This document shows positions 8,850 to 17,256 of a stretch of 36,538 nt of DNA, piece after piece. A model generated the notes under the pieces. The model was not told the DNA's origin. It made no database searches and was given only the letters and a program-made list of their open reading frames with translations. The number at the start of each line of letters is the position of its first letter. Position 1 is the stretch's first letter. Source of the stretch: a virus (taxonomy: Duplodnaviria > Caudoviricetes); the IMG/VR virus record IMGVR_UViG_3300020151_000364, positions 1 to 36,538 of that record, one strand, 5' to 3'. A program made the position numbers and the translations under genes.

Positions 8850-9893
8850 GTGGCAACTCCTCTTTTTAAAATCCTTCAACAAGTTTCTGATACTGACCTA
8901 AGCCGTATTCCACCAGCCCGTGCTGGCGCACAGTTCAAACAGTTTGCACAGTCCAGAGGCGCTAGTCGTAATTTACAACTACTGGTTGGTCAAAAATCCA
9001 ACACAAAGACAAATAAAAACGAAACTTCTGTAAACCCAATGGCACAGCGTGGTTTACAAGCCACACTTGCTCTAGCACCTGCTGGTACATCAGGAGTTGC
9101 GGATACTTGCGGTTCTTGCTCTACACCTGGATGCCGAGAAAACTGCCTTAGTGACGCAGGTCGTTTCTCAAATGATGCTTCACAACGTGCCCAACGTATC
9201 CGTACTGAGTTTGGCGCAGAACACCCTGACCTTTTCTTGGCACACCTTCGTGATTCACAACGAAGCCACGCTGAAGAGGCTTGGGCAGCAGGTCTTCACC
9301 CCGTGTTCCGTAGAAACACTTTGAGTGACATCCCGTGGCATAGGCTTCCTACGGCTCCTACTCTTATTGGAGAATACGAAGAACATCCAAGTGGAATTAT
9401 TATTCCAAAAGATTTGCAACACCTTCCTGGTGCATCTACATCTGAATACACAAAAGAAGACATGCGTGGTGTTGTGGATAAAGAAGAAGACATTCCGTAC
9501 AGAAGCGTTAATCTTACACGTAGCGTTAGTGAACTTACGACTGCCCCACGTATTGAACAGGTACTAGAAGGTGGTGGTAACGTTGCTGTTCCAGTTGCAA
9601 AAAAGAAAAAAGACACTCCTCACGACTTTTTAACTGTTGAAGATTCATCAGGGCGTACCGTTACTGCACCAACATTTGACATGGACCGTGATGATGCTCG
9701 TTGGGCAGACACAGAGAAAGGGCACATTGGTGTTCTAACTGAAAAACAACGTGGTTCTTTTGGCTCAGGTGAGTATGCATTAAATCCCCATACCAATAGG
9801 TTTGGATTTGTGCGTCCACACACTGCTGGTCAAGCCTCTGATGTTCCTGTTCGCATTCGCCGTCAACACTTTGACGATGGACATGGAATGTAA
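8850..9893 (+). CDS. Gp88-like Cys-cluster protein
   Basis: LALAPA...TCGSCSTPGCRENCL..AGR...RIRT, VFRRNTLSDIPW, EYTK, NVAV and DxDDARWAD resemble the phage Gp88 family as recalled. Confidence 0.6.
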   Translation: MATPLFKILQQVSDTDLSRIPPARAGAQFKQFAQSRGASRNLQLLVGQKSNTKTNKNETSVNPMAQRGLQATLALAPAGTSGVADTCGSCSTPGCRENCLSDAGRFSNDASQRAQRIRTEFGAEHPDLFLAHLRDSQRSHAEEAWAAGLHPVFRRNTLSDIPWHRLPTAPTLIGEYEEHPSGIIIPKDLQHLPGASTSEYTKEDMRGVVDKEEDIPYRSVNLTRSVSELTTAPRIEQVLEGGGNVAVPVAKKKKDTPHDFLTVEDSSGRTVTAPTFDMDRDDARWADTEKGHIGVLTEKQRGSFGSGEYALNPHTNRFGFVRPHTAGQASDVPVRIRRQHFDDGHGM

Positions 9894-9896
9894 TAC

Positions 9897-10097
9897 ATGG
9901 ACCCCGCACTTGCCACTATTATCGTTGCGGTAATAACAACCTTTGGTTTTTCAATTAAAGAATTTAAATCAATGAAAAAGACCAACTCCCTTGACCACGG
10001 TCAAGTAATGCAACAATTAAATAAAGTACAAAGTAGTGTTGATAAAGTTGGGGACCGCCTTAACGACCACATTGATTGGCATGTAGACAAACAGTAG
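9897..10097 (+). CDS. Small single-TM/coiled-coil protein (holin-like candidate)
   Basis: N-terminal hydrophobic segment, then a coiled coil ending RLNDHIDWH. Confidence 0.65.
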   Translation: MDPALATIIVAVITTFGFSIKEFKSMKKTNSLDHGQVMQQLNKVQSSVDKVGDRLNDHIDWHVDKQ

Positions 10098-10127
10098 TTG
10101 ACAGCCTGACTGGGATGGTAGTATGTT
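10098..10127 (+). promoter_or_regulatory. Putative housekeeping-sigma promoter
   Basis: Intergenic TTGACA (10098-10103), 18 bp spacer, TATGTT (10122-10127); overlapping TGG-TAGTAT extended -10 alternative. Confidence 0.55.
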
Positions 10128-10172
10128 GGTGATGTGGTTTGTGAATAAATCGCACTAACAGAAGGAACACCA

Positions 10173-10457
10173 GTGGAAACACATTCACTTGTTGAGGCGT
10201 TAAAAACGCCACAAGCACACGGTATAGGCGTGAGTTGCAAATTCACACAAATACGTGACATCCTCTCTGCCGAAGAGATGGAAGCCCTAGATAAAGCAGT
10301 TGACGGTATTCGTCAAGATGCTGGGATGGGAAAGTCCAAAAGGTTTAGCGCCTCATGGTTATCAAAAGTACTTGATTCTTTTGGTCATTATGTAAGTGTT
10401 TCAACTGTTCAACGTCACGTAAACAAGGAGTGTTCTTGTGAGCGAATTATCCGATAA
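10173..10457 (+). CDS. Small HTH-like/Zn-binding hypothetical protein
   Basis: AAGGA RBS, GTG start; SASWLSKVL...VSVSTVQRHVNKECSC with an additional N-terminal Cys. Confidence 0.65.
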   Translation: METHSLVEALKTPQAHGIGVSCKFTQIRDILSAEEMEALDKAVDGIRQDAGMGKSKRFSASWLSKVLDSFGHYVSVSTVQRHVNKECSCERIIR

Positions 10458-11586
10458 GTTGGCAACACCACCAGAATCCAAGGCACAAGCCCTTGGTAAG
10501 TTAGTTGAAATTCTTGACCGTCAAAACATTGACATCAATGAAATTGGTTCTGTAAAGCGTGTAAGTCTTTACCAGTCATTGACTAAAGACCAAGACGGCG
10601 AAGCCCAAATCCATGACCTTGCGGCTATCCAGTTCTCACCTAAGTGGGCAGAAGGTCCTGAGTGGGACCCTGTTAACCAAGGACCCTCTATTAAGTTGCC
10701 TAAAGTTACTGTTAAGCAATCAGTATCTAATTGGAAAAAGTGCGTTGTACTTCCTGATATTCAAGCAGGTTTCTTCCGTGATGCCAATGGCGAACTGGTG
10801 AGTACACATGACCCAGTTGCAATGGACTACGCACTCGCAGTCATCAAGGCGGAAAAGCCTGACATCGTAGCCTTAAACGGAGATAACGCTGACCTTCCAG
10901 AAATGTCAAAGTATCGGTTGAGTCCTGCCTTTTCGTTGACCACTCAAGCAACAATTGATTACTTGACTACGTTGTGTGCCCAAATCAGAGATGCGGCTCC
11001 TTACGCTCGCATTATCTGGATGGAAGGTAACCATGAGATTCGTCTTACCAACTACATCATTGACAATGCTAAAGCCGCATTTGGTTTGAAGCAGGGTAAT
11101 ACCCCAACCTCCTTCCCAGTGCTTTCTATTCCCTTCCTGTGTCGTTTTGATGACTTTGGGGTGGAGTATTTTGCTGGATACCCTGCCAGCCAGTTCTGGC
11201 TAAATAACCGCATCAAGATTATTCACGGAACCAAGGTGGCTTCAGGTGGTTCTACTGCCCACAAGTACCTAGGCACAGAGAAGTCATCCGTGGTCTATGG
11301 TCATATTCACCGCCGTGAGTGGGCTGAGCGCACCCGTAGCGATTGGGATGGTCCAAAGACCATTGCCGCTATCTCCTTTGGCTGTCTAGCCCGTGTGGAC
11401 GGTATGGTGCCATCTACCAAGGGTGGTATGGACCTAGATGGTCGCCCAATCACCTGCGTAGAAGATTGGCAACAGGGGCTTGGGATTATTTACTACCAAG
11501 AGGGTGATGGTGCCTTCCACCCTGAAATGCTTCCAATCCATGACGGAACCATGTTTTATAAGGGCAAGTTGCTGGGTGTAGAATAA
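10438..11586 (+). CDS. Calcineurin-like metallophosphoesterase
   Basis: Motifs PDIQ, GDNAD, GNHE, IIHG, GHIHR in canonical order; AAGGAG RBS. Confidence 0.9.
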   Translation: MSELSDKLATPPESKAQALGKLVEILDRQNIDINEIGSVKRVSLYQSLTKDQDGEAQIHDLAAIQFSPKWAEGPEWDPVNQGPSIKLPKVTVKQSVSNWKKCVVLPDIQAGFFRDANGELVSTHDPVAMDYALAVIKAEKPDIVALNGDNADLPEMSKYRLSPAFSLTTQATIDYLTTLCAQIRDAAPYARIIWMEGNHEIRLTNYIIDNAKAAFGLKQGNTPTSFPVLSIPFLCRFDDFGVEYFAGYPASQFWLNNRIKIIHGTKVASGGSTAHKYLGTEKSSVVYGHIHRREWAERTRSDWDGPKTIAAISFGCLARVDGMVPSTKGGMDLDGRPITCVEDWQQGLGIIYYQEGDGAFHPEMLPIHDGTMFYKGKLLGVE

Positions 11587-11590
11587 CCAA

Positions 11591-11887
11591 ATGGACCTTT
11601 TACCCGACTTCAAGAAATTCGTAGAATCTGTATTCGGGAAGAAGAATCCTACTAAACCTCCACTTGTTGAAGTCCTTTGGTTAGACGCTTCTGACATTGA
11701 GAACGGCTGGTTTGGTCATGAAGAAATTCAAAAGGCTAAGCCAGCAAAATCACTTTCAGTTGGTTACCTTATGCACAAAGATGCTGAGTGTGTGAAGTTA
11801 GTGTCGCTTATTAATGACACCCATGCTGGAAATGGAATTATGATTCCTGCTGGCATGGTGCAAAAGATTAATTACTTACACCGCTAA
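11591..11887 (+). CDS. Hypothetical phage protein
   Basis: VEVLWLDA...SVGYL...IPAGMVQKI, a small beta-rich pattern; function unknown. Confidence 0.7.
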   Translation: MDLLPDFKKFVESVFGKKNPTKPPLVEVLWLDASDIENGWFGHEEIQKAKPAKSLSVGYLMHKDAECVKLVSLINDTHAGNGIMIPAGMVQKINYLHR

Positions 11888-11890
11888 ACG

Positions 11891-11904
11891 TAGTATCATT
11901 GGGG
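11891..11904 (+). promoter_or_regulatory. Recurrent TAGTATCATT(GGGG) promoter-like motif, copy 1
   Basis: Identical 14-mer on the minus strand at 35942-35955 and identical 10-mer at 18661-18670; all lie upstream of an RBS and start codon. Confidence 0.55.
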
Positions 11905-11928
11905 TATCCCCTTCTATCAGGAGCATTC

Positions 11929-12231
11929 ATGGCTACAAAGAACCAGCAGGTCGCAGACCAGACCCTCAAGGGAGCAGTCGTTGGCGCTCTCTCGTATTTC
12001 CTTGCTAAGGCAAACATTGACCCAGGCGCTCAAGCCGCAATCATGCCACTCATCATCACAGGTCTTGCTTATGCAAGTACCCTCGTTGGTGACAAGGGAA
12101 CTGCAAACTTCCTTGCTAAGGCTTCCGTAGAACTTCCTAAAGTTGTTGAAGAAGTTACTGCCGCTGTTGAGAAGAAAAAGGCTCCTGCTAAAAAAGCAGT
12201 TGCTAAAAAAACTACTGCTCCAAAAGCCTAA
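11929..12231 (+). CDS. Two-TM holin-like protein with a Lys/Ala-rich tail
   Basis: AGGAG RBS before ATG 11929; two hydrophobic helices; C-terminus KKKAPAKKAVAKKTTAPKA. Confidence 0.6.
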   Translation: MATKNQQVADQTLKGAVVGALSYFLAKANIDPGAQAAIMPLIITGLAYASTLVGDKGTANFLAKASVELPKVVEEVTAAVEKKKAPAKKAVAKKTTAPKA

Positions 12232-12272
12232 GTTAGATAACTACCAGTCCTTGGTGGTAAGGTGTATGCAAC

Positions 12273-13964
12273 ATGGCAGTTGATTTTTGGTCCCCATCCT
12301 ATAGAGCGTCTTCCAGCGACCTCACAGTTGCAATTTCACCACTTGGTTTGGTGGAGTTGGCAGACGAAGAGTTTGAAGTACATGGTCCTCGTCTAAACCG
12401 TTACGCATCTGCATGGGCTTGGTACCTTGGTCACCATTGGTCTTATCGCCGTGAGATGGGTGAGTCTCAGTTCTACATGAACTATGTCCGTACAATGTCG
12501 GACTACATCACTAACTTTTGTTTTGGTAAAGGTATTCAATTCCGTTGTCCAGAACAGAATGCCGCTATTATCCCTAGCCTCCTGCATGAAGTGTGGGATA
12601 TGCATAACAATAAGCATTATGTTTTGTGGGAACTAGGTCAACTTGCGTCAGTTACAGGAGATGCTTTTGTTAAAATTGCGTATGAAGAGCCGTACACAGA
12701 CTCTGTAGGTATTCCACATCCTGGTCGTATTCGTGTTGTTCCATTGAACCCAGCACATTGTTTTCCTGAATATCACCCCCATGACCGTGACCGTCTTCTT
12801 CGCTTTAAGTTAAAGTACCGTTTCTGGGGTACATCTCCTGAAGGTACTCGTCAGGTTTACACCTTTACAGAAATCCTTTCTGATGACCTTGTACAACAGT
12901 TCATCAACGATGAATTAGTGGATGAGTATCCAAACGCACTTGGAACAATCCCAATCGTTCACATTCCTAATGTGACCATCTCGTCGTCGCCTTGGGGTCA
13001 ATCAGACATTTGGGACGTCATCCCTCTGAACCGTGAACTCAACGAAAAGATGGTTGAAGTTTCTGACATCATCAACTACCACGCCGCTCCTGTAACAATT
13101 ATTACTGGCGCTAAGGCTTCTCAACTAGAGCGTGGACCGAAGAAGGTTTGGGCAGGTCTTCCTAAAGACGCCAGCGTATTCAACCTTGAATCACGTGGTG
13201 AGATGTCTGGTGCACTGGAGTACATCCAAGTAATTAAGCGCACCATGCATGAGATAACAGGTGTGCCTGAAACTGCCCTTGGGCAAATGCAACCAATTTC
13301 TAACACTTCTGGTGTGGCTTTGGCTATTCAGTATCAGCCAATGATGAACCGCTTCAACATGAAGAAGATTCACTTTACTAAGGGTCTTGAGCGGATTAAC
13401 GAAATTATCATTCGCACTGCGGCTGTGTTTGAGCCACAGATGTTGGTATTTGATGGGTCTAAGTCTGCCCAACCCGAACCAGACCAATTGACACAGTTAG
13501 ACCCACTTGACCCTCTGACCTATCACACCACTGTGCACTGGCCTGAGCCACTGCCAGTTGACGTTCTCATTAAACTCAACGAAGTCCAAGCAAAGATGCA
13601 ACTTGGGCTGGAGTCTAAGCGTGGCGCTCTTCGCATTCTTGGCGAAGAATTCCCCAACGAAAAGATGGCAGAAATCTTTGAAGAACTTCAAGATGACGCC
13701 CTTGACCAAGGTGCCTTAGACATGATGAGAGCACAAATCCAGCAGGCCATTATGTTGGCAACTGGCATGGTTTCTGGTGAAGCAGGTGTTGAGCCAGCCT
13801 CTGCTGGAGGTGCTAATGTATCTACAACAGGTGAACAAACATCTGCCCCCCTCCCTGGGGTCGGTGCCGCTATCGGCATTGAAGGGGAACTCGTAAATAA
13901 AATTGTAAGTAAGGCTTACGGTGCAAGGTTCGCCCAGCGTCGTAATCCTGACGAAGATAACTAA
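12273..13964 (+). CDS. Portal protein (SPP1 Gp6-like)
   Basis: IPIVHIPN...WGQSDI, SGVALAIQYQPM; size and position before scaffold and capsid. Confidence 0.9.
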   Translation: MAVDFWSPSYRASSSDLTVAISPLGLVELADEEFEVHGPRLNRYASAWAWYLGHHWSYRREMGESQFYMNYVRTMSDYITNFCFGKGIQFRCPEQNAAIIPSLLHEVWDMHNNKHYVLWELGQLASVTGDAFVKIAYEEPYTDSVGIPHPGRIRVVPLNPAHCFPEYHPHDRDRLLRFKLKYRFWGTSPEGTRQVYTFTEILSDDLVQQFINDELVDEYPNALGTIPIVHIPNVTISSSPWGQSDIWDVIPLNRELNEKMVEVSDIINYHAAPVTIITGAKASQLERGPKKVWAGLPKDASVFNLESRGEMSGALEYIQVIKRTMHEITGVPETALGQMQPISNTSGVALAIQYQPMMNRFNMKKIHFTKGLERINEIIIRTAAVFEPQMLVFDGSKSAQPEPDQLTQLDPLDPLTYHTTVHWPEPLPVDVLIKLNEVQAKMQLGLESKRGALRILGEEFPNEKMAEIFEELQDDALDQGALDMMRAQIQQAIMLATGMVSGEAGVEPASAGGANVSTTGEQTSAPLPGVGAAIGIEGELVNKIVSKAYGARFAQRRNPDEDN

Positions 13965-14016
13965 ACGTAAACAAAACAAGTTCCAATTAGCCAAACAAAC
14001 AAGGTAGGTAACCATT

Positions 14017-14826
14017 ATGGCAAAGAACCCTAATATCCCCGAAGGGGACATCATTACAGTCCCAGTTGACTCCCCACAAGTGGAGCAATTCGTAGAGGAT
14101 GCAATGAAGAAAAGCAATTCCAAACTTTTTTCTGAGGATGAAGTAGAAAACATCCGTAAGCAGGAAAAAGACAAGATGTACAAGCGTCTTGAAGAAGCCG
14201 ATACACGAGTAAAGGCAATGGAAGAGCAACTCGGTCTTATTTCATCTGAGCGTGAAAAAGCAATGGAAGAAGCGGAAAAACGTGCTGCTAAAGAAGCAGA
14301 CCTTATCCGTGAGCGTGAAACTTCTGAACTAAGTGCAAAAGAACTTCTTCTAAAGCGTGAAGACGAATTCAACGTAAAGTTGTCTCAAATTGAACAGGAC
14401 TACAAGAATCGTTTTGACGAGATTGAACGTCAGCGTTCTCAGCAAGAAGCATTGCTTGAAAAAGAACGTGAAATGCAGGCTTTGCAGTCGTATCGCAACC
14501 GTCGCTTGAATGAAGAGCAGGAAGCAATCATTCCAGAACTTATTGACCTCATCGCTGGAAACAGCCAAGAGGAAATAGAAAACTCAATCGCTGTGCTTCG
14601 TACACGAAGTAGTGCTATTATTGAATCAATCCAACAAGCAACCCAGCAACAGCAGGGTCGTTTGAGGGGAGTGCCACCAACGGCACCTCCCGTTGGGCCA
14701 ATGGAGAATCAAACGGAATACCAAACGCTTACAGCCGAAGACATTCGGAATATGCCAATGGAACAGTATGCAAAGATGCGTGAACGGCTCATGAATGCCA
14801 CCCCCTCTCGTAGGGGTCGGTACTAA
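14017..14826 (+). CDS. Capsid scaffolding protein
   Basis: E/K/R-rich coiled coil with a C-terminal helix pair (IRNMPMEQYAKMRERL), between portal and capsid. Confidence 0.85.
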   Translation: MAKNPNIPEGDIITVPVDSPQVEQFVEDAMKKSNSKLFSEDEVENIRKQEKDKMYKRLEEADTRVKAMEEQLGLISSEREKAMEEAEKRAAKEADLIRERETSELSAKELLLKREDEFNVKLSQIEQDYKNRFDEIERQRSQQEALLEKEREMQALQSYRNRRLNEEQEAIIPELIDLIAGNSQEEIENSIAVLRTRSSAIIESIQQATQQQQGRLRGVPPTAPPVGPMENQTEYQTLTAEDIRNMPMEQYAKMRERLMNATPSRRGRY

Positions 14827-14859
14827 AATATAACAAATATTATCCTAGGAGGATAAACA

Positions 14860-15948
14860 ATGGCCCTTCCAGCCCCACAAGGTGGAGCAATTACAGGAGC
14901 AGGTCTTGGTGCAATTACCACCACAGGCTACTCAAGTGATTCAACACTTTCCCCAGCAATCCAGACAATTTGGTCCAAAGAAATCTTGTTCCAAGCAATG
15001 CCAGTGCTTCGTTTTGAGCAGTTTGCGGTTAAGAAGACAGAACTTGGTGTTATGCCAGGTCTCACAATTAACTTCATGCGCTACAACAACCTCACGGTTG
15101 ACGAGCAGGATGGCGCACAGTTGACTGAAGGCGTTCGCATGGAGCCAGTGGCTCTCTCTGCTAGCCAGATTCAAATCACTGTTAAAGAACAAGGTCAAGC
15201 AACTGCTGTAACCGAATTGCTTCTTAACGCATCATTTGATGACGTTATGGCTTCGGCTTCACGTCTCCTTGGTCGTCACATGGCTCAGTCAATGGACGCA
15301 CAGGCACGTAACACGCTTTACTCTGCTGGTATTCCTTTCGGTGGCGGTTCCGCTGTTGCTCCAAACGTTGTGTTTGGTCGTACAGCCGCTACTACCCGTA
15401 CGGCTATCTCGCCATACAACGCTGGTACCCTTGGTGCTTCTGCTTCTCCTGGCTACATGTCACCTGCTTCCATCAAGGACGCAGTTGAAGTACTTGCTGG
15501 ACAGAACATTCCTCGCCTTGGTGACACTTACGTATGTTTCGTTCACCCTTCACAGAGCCGTTCAATCCGTGACTGGCCTGAATTCATTGAAGTAACAAAG
15601 TATGCCGCTCCAGGTAACTTCATGCTCGGTGAAATTGGTCGTCTCTATGACGTAGTATTCATTGAAACCACACAGGTCTTGAAGACTTCATCGCTTGGTT
15701 CAGGCGTTGTTGACATCAACACAGCATCTGCTGGTGCTCAAGAGCCTGCGGCTGATTCATACTCCGCCATCATGATTGGTGACAACGCCTTCGGACAAGC
15801 CATTGCATTGCCAGTGGAACTCCGTGACGGTGGCGTCATTGACTTTGGTCGTGAGCATGGACTTGCTTGGTACGCAATCTGGGGCTTCGGTGTCATCACC
15901 GCAGAATCCCGTGTACTTATCAACACTCTCGGTGGTGCAATCTCCTGA
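14860..15948 (+). CDS. Major capsid protein (HK97 fold, N4 gp56-like)
   Basis: AGGAGG RBS; LTEGV, YVCFVHP, GEIGRLYDVVFIET, DFGR...AWY motifs; strongly biased codons. Confidence 0.93.
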   Translation: MALPAPQGGAITGAGLGAITTTGYSSDSTLSPAIQTIWSKEILFQAMPVLRFEQFAVKKTELGVMPGLTINFMRYNNLTVDEQDGAQLTEGVRMEPVALSASQIQITVKEQGQATAVTELLLNASFDDVMASASRLLGRHMAQSMDAQARNTLYSAGIPFGGGSAVAPNVVFGRTAATTRTAISPYNAGTLGASASPGYMSPASIKDAVEVLAGQNIPRLGDTYVCFVHPSQSRSIRDWPEFIEVTKYAAPGNFMLGEIGRLYDVVFIETTQVLKTSSLGSGVVDINTASAGAQEPAADSYSAIMIGDNAFGQAIALPVELRDGGVIDFGREHGLAWYAIWGFGVITAESRVLINTLGGAIS

Positions 15949-15963
15949 TAAAGGAGTGAGCGA

Positions 15964-15991
15964 TGGGTGGGGGACGAAAGTCCCCCACTTT
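15964..15991 (+). terminator. Hairpin downstream of the capsid gene (terminator/attenuator or stabiliser)
   Basis: Perfect 9-bp stem gtgggggac (15967-15975) / gtcccccac (15980-15988), GAAA tetraloop, followed by only three T. Confidence 0.7.
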
Positions 15992-16023
15992 CACCAAAAT
16001 ACCAACTACAAAAAGGACCCAAA

Positions 16024-16263
16024 GTGTCAACTACTCGTAAAACAAATGTATTTGCAGAACCTATCTTTGAAGACGAAGAAGAAGTTATTGCAACTCCTGC
16101 CCCATCAACAGACCCCGACCTCAAGCGTTCTCGCATTAAAGGCACTTGGGCAATGTACTGGGCTGGAAAGACTTATAATTTTGAGGATGGCAAAACATAT
16201 ACCATCCCCGTTGGTCTTTTTGAACACCTAAAGGCACACGGAAACATCTACGACACTCTCTGA
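16024..16263 (+). CDS. Small head-associated hypothetical protein
   Basis: AAAGGA RBS before GTG 16024; the track start at 15967 falls inside the hairpin. Confidence 0.7.
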   Translation: MSTTRKTNVFAEPIFEDEEEVIATPAPSTDPDLKRSRIKGTWAMYWAGKTYNFEDGKTYTIPVGLFEHLKAHGNIYDTL

Positions 16264-16271
16264 GGTAACTA

Positions 16272-17255
16272 ATGGGTTTCCACATCCCGAACGCTCCACT
16301 TGCCTCTGTAATTGACCAGTCTGAGCCAGATAGTGGTGACTTCCAAGCCCTTGGTACAAGAAAGACTGGCGTTGTATCTGGTTGCGTAGTTGCTGCCAAT
16401 AGCATCCCCGACCAAACTGTTACTGTCACTGATGGTGAAGTAATCTCTAATGGCGTTTATTACAAACTTACTGGTAGTGGTGGAACAACTTCTCTTGGAA
16501 TGGGTCAGGGAACTTCTGGTTCTGCCCGCTTTGACATTGTTGTTATTAACTCTTCAGGAGTTTTAACCCTTCGTACAGGTACTGCTAGTTCTAACCCGCT
16601 TTTCCCAACTTTGGAAGATAATGATGTCTTCTTAGCCGCTGTCTATCGTGCTTCTGGTACTGCTGACGTTATTTCAAGTACTCGTATTATTGACAAGCGC
16701 ATTATTACTCCTACGAATGTAGTCCGTACTGGTGCTGGTAGCCCTATTGATTTAGCAGGACTAGGCGCTAATGGTGGTGCTATTGGTGACCTTTATGTCA
16801 ATACAACGGTTACCAGTAACAGTGGTCAATCTCAGTTGTGGATAAAGACAACTTCTACCCTGTGGGAAAACCTTGCTGAGTTTACTTTTCCAGAAACTAG
16901 CAGTGCTACAGGTAACACTCTTGTCAAGCGTGACGCAAGCGCTAACTTCTCAGCAGGAACAATTTCAGCCACATTCTCAGGCAATGGTGCGGCAATCACA
17001 AACCTAACGGCTGGCAACATTGCAGGAACTATTCCAAGCAACGTCTTAGGTAACTCCAGTGTCTTTGTGGGTACAACTTCTATTGCCTTAAACCGCACAT
17101 CTGCAACACAAACTCTTAATGGTGTAGACATCAGTGGTAACGCATCAACAGCAACTAATGCATCTAAAGTCGGTGGACGAACAGTGTTTGTGCAAAACGC
17201 CCCCCCTACTGCCAACGCCGTTGGAGATATTTGGTTCCAAGTAGCAGGACTCTAA
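16272..17255 (+). CDS. Virion structural protein (head fibre/decoration-like)
   Basis: GAGG RBS; GVVSGCVV...RFDIVV N-terminal domain, T/S/G-rich shaft, and C-terminal VFVQNAPP...GDIWF motif. Confidence 0.7.
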   Translation: MGFHIPNAPLASVIDQSEPDSGDFQALGTRKTGVVSGCVVAANSIPDQTVTVTDGEVISNGVYYKLTGSGGTTSLGMGQGTSGSARFDIVVINSSGVLTLRTGTASSNPLFPTLEDNDVFLAAVYRASGTADVISSTRIIDKRIITPTNVVRTGAGSPIDLAGLGANGGAIGDLYVNTTVTSNSGQSQLWIKTTSTLWENLAEFTFPETSSATGNTLVKRDASANFSAGTISATFSGNGAAITNLTAGNIAGTIPSNVLGNSSVFVGTTSIALNRTSATQTLNGVDISGNASTATNASKVGGRTVFVQNAPPTANAVGDIWFQVAGL

Positions 17256-17256
17256 T

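Noticed and set aside
13716-14372. Long antisense ORF (218 aa) and the many other antisense or alternate-frame ORFs in the track
   Set aside because: They are shadows of biased coding sequence (e.g. Ser/Phe-rich opposite the Glu/Lys scaffold), with no RBS or recognisable motifs.
15945-15995. Possible hammerhead ribozyme (CTGATA...CGAAA)
   Set aside because: The core reads CUGAUAA rather than CUGANGA, and the GAAA is the tetraloop of a simple hairpin; no three-way junction can be formed.
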